Virus record (IMG/VR): IMGVR_UViG_2869947659_000011
Source of the DNA: a virus
Taxonomy: Duplodnaviria; Heunggongvirae; Uroviricota; Caudoviricetes
Strand: one strand, 5' to 3'
DNA length: 36,094 nucleotides
Part shown: positions 35,238 through 36,094 of the stretch, in pieces
How positions within the stretch are numbered: the first letter of the stretch is position 1
How the letters are laid out: the number at the start of each line of letters is the position of its first letter
Notes under the pieces: model-generated
The model's database searches: none
Told to the model about the DNA's origin: nothing
Seen by the model: only the letters and a program-made list of their open reading frames with translations
Translations under genes and position numbers: made by a program

Positions 35238-36094
35238 TGTACTGGCAATAGCGGACACTACCATTTGTTCTTTTTTTAAGCAGCCATCTGATGATATTTT
35301 TCCCTGAAGGCTGCCGGGGATATATTCCCCAGACGAGAGTGACGACGCTGACGATTGTAGAAAATCTCAATGTATTCCCGTATTACTGAGATGGCTTCAT
35401 CCCGGTTATTAAAACGATAGTGGCTCAGGCTCTCATTTTTCAGCGTTCCCCAGAAGCTTTCCATCGGAGCGTTGTCGTAACAGTGACCTTTACGCGACAT
35501 TGATGTTTTCAGACCAGACTGCTCCTGTATGACCCGGTAATCGTATGCGCAGTACTGTGAACCTCGATCAGAGTGGTGGATTAGCCCGGTAGGTGGGCGC
35601 TGGCTCCTGAGCGCCATAAACAGGGCTTTACCTGTCAGCTCTTTTGTCATGCGCTCTCCCATGGTGTAGCCGACAATTTCGCACGTATAAACATCTTTGA
35701 TGCCAGCGAGGTACAACCATCCCTCCTGTGTGGCAACATACGTCAGGTCCGCCACCCAGACCTGATTTGGTGCTGTAGGAGCGAACGTCTGGTTCAGCAG
35801 ATTTGGCGCAACTGGCAGATTGTGGTTCGGGTTCGTAGTCGCTCTGAACTTGCGTTTCTGCTTACAGCGTAGCCTTAGCTCCTTACGAAGACGTGCCAGT
35901 CGGTCACGACCAACGATGATGCCATTCTCTGCCAGCTCCGTCTGGAGCCGCCGGGTTCCATATGTTTCGCGAGTGCGGATATGTGCCACCTTAATCTCCA
36001 GTTTTAGCCGCTCATCACTTTGTTTTCTGTCTGAGGGTTCATGCTGTACCCAGTTGTAATAACCGCTCCTGGATACACCAAATACCTGACACAT
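35238..36094 (-). mobile_element. IS3-family insertion sequence (IS150-like), truncated by the window edge
   Basis: The terminus begins TGTACTGG.. about 40 bp beyond the transposase stop; only the OrfB side is in the window. The end coordinate is approximate. Confidence 0.75.
35276..36094 (-). CDS. IS3-family transposase OrfB (DDE integrase domain), partial at window edge
   Basis: 272-aa ORF with ..QVWVADLTYVATQEGWLYLAGIKDVYTCEIVGY.. HHSDRGSQYCA.. CYDNAPMESFW.., typical IS3-family OrfB. Confidence 0.85.
   Translation of the reverse strand: MCQVFGVSRSGYYNWVQHEPSDRKQSDERLKLEIKVAHIRTRETYGTRRLQTELAENGIIVGRDRLARLRKELRLRCKQKRKFRATTNPNHNLPVAPNLLNQTFAPTAPNQVWVADLTYVATQEGWLYLAGIKDVYTCEIVGYTMGERMTKELTGKALFMALRSQRPPTGLIHHSDRGSQYCAYDYRVIQEQSGLKTSMSRKGHCYDNAPMESFWGTLKNESLSHYRFNNRDEAISVIREYIEIFYNRQRRHSRLGNISPAAFREKYHQMAA

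Overview
This 36.1 kb window is almost entirely a P2-like (P2/186/Fels-2 family) myovirus prophage in an enterobacterial host; the IS1, IS2 and IS911 copies point to Escherichia/Shigella. It lies in reverse orientation from ogr (about 1.7 kb) to int (about 35.1 kb). All calls are from reading the sequence and ORF track and from remembered protein families; no database search was run.

Recognisable modules, right to left: C repressor and integrase with a divergent cox-like early operon; portal Q and terminase P; head genes O-N-M-L; tail gene X; lysis cassette (holin, M15-peptidase-type endolysin, overlapping LysB/LysC spanins); tail completion and baseplate genes R-S-V-W-J-I; tail fibre H; tail sheath/tube/tape-measure block FI-FII-E/E'-T-U; tail gene D; ogr.

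The prophage looks defective. The replication genes are missing, several structural genes carry frameshifts or an in-frame stop, and it is hit by five IS copies: IS2 in the 3' end of ogr, IS1 just upstream of ogr, IS911 nested in a truncated IS2 copy, and an IS3-family element at the right edge.

Three accessory features stand out:
- The strongest candidate for an undescribed system is a strongly AT-rich single-gene island (2841..5960, minus strand) in the slot between D and ogr. It encodes a 1039-aa protein with four N-terminal transmembrane segments and a large soluble domain with no motif I can recognise.
- A Gin/Pin-type DNA invertase (13088..13687) sits beside an invertible tail-fibre cassette, with gix-like crossover sites at 13742..13767 and 16417..16442.
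- A truncated ParM/ParR-like module and an unknown zinc-ribbon gene lie next to the cos end.

A Hok/Gef-family toxin ORF sits at the left edge. The FI-U block is inverted relative to canonical P2 gene order.
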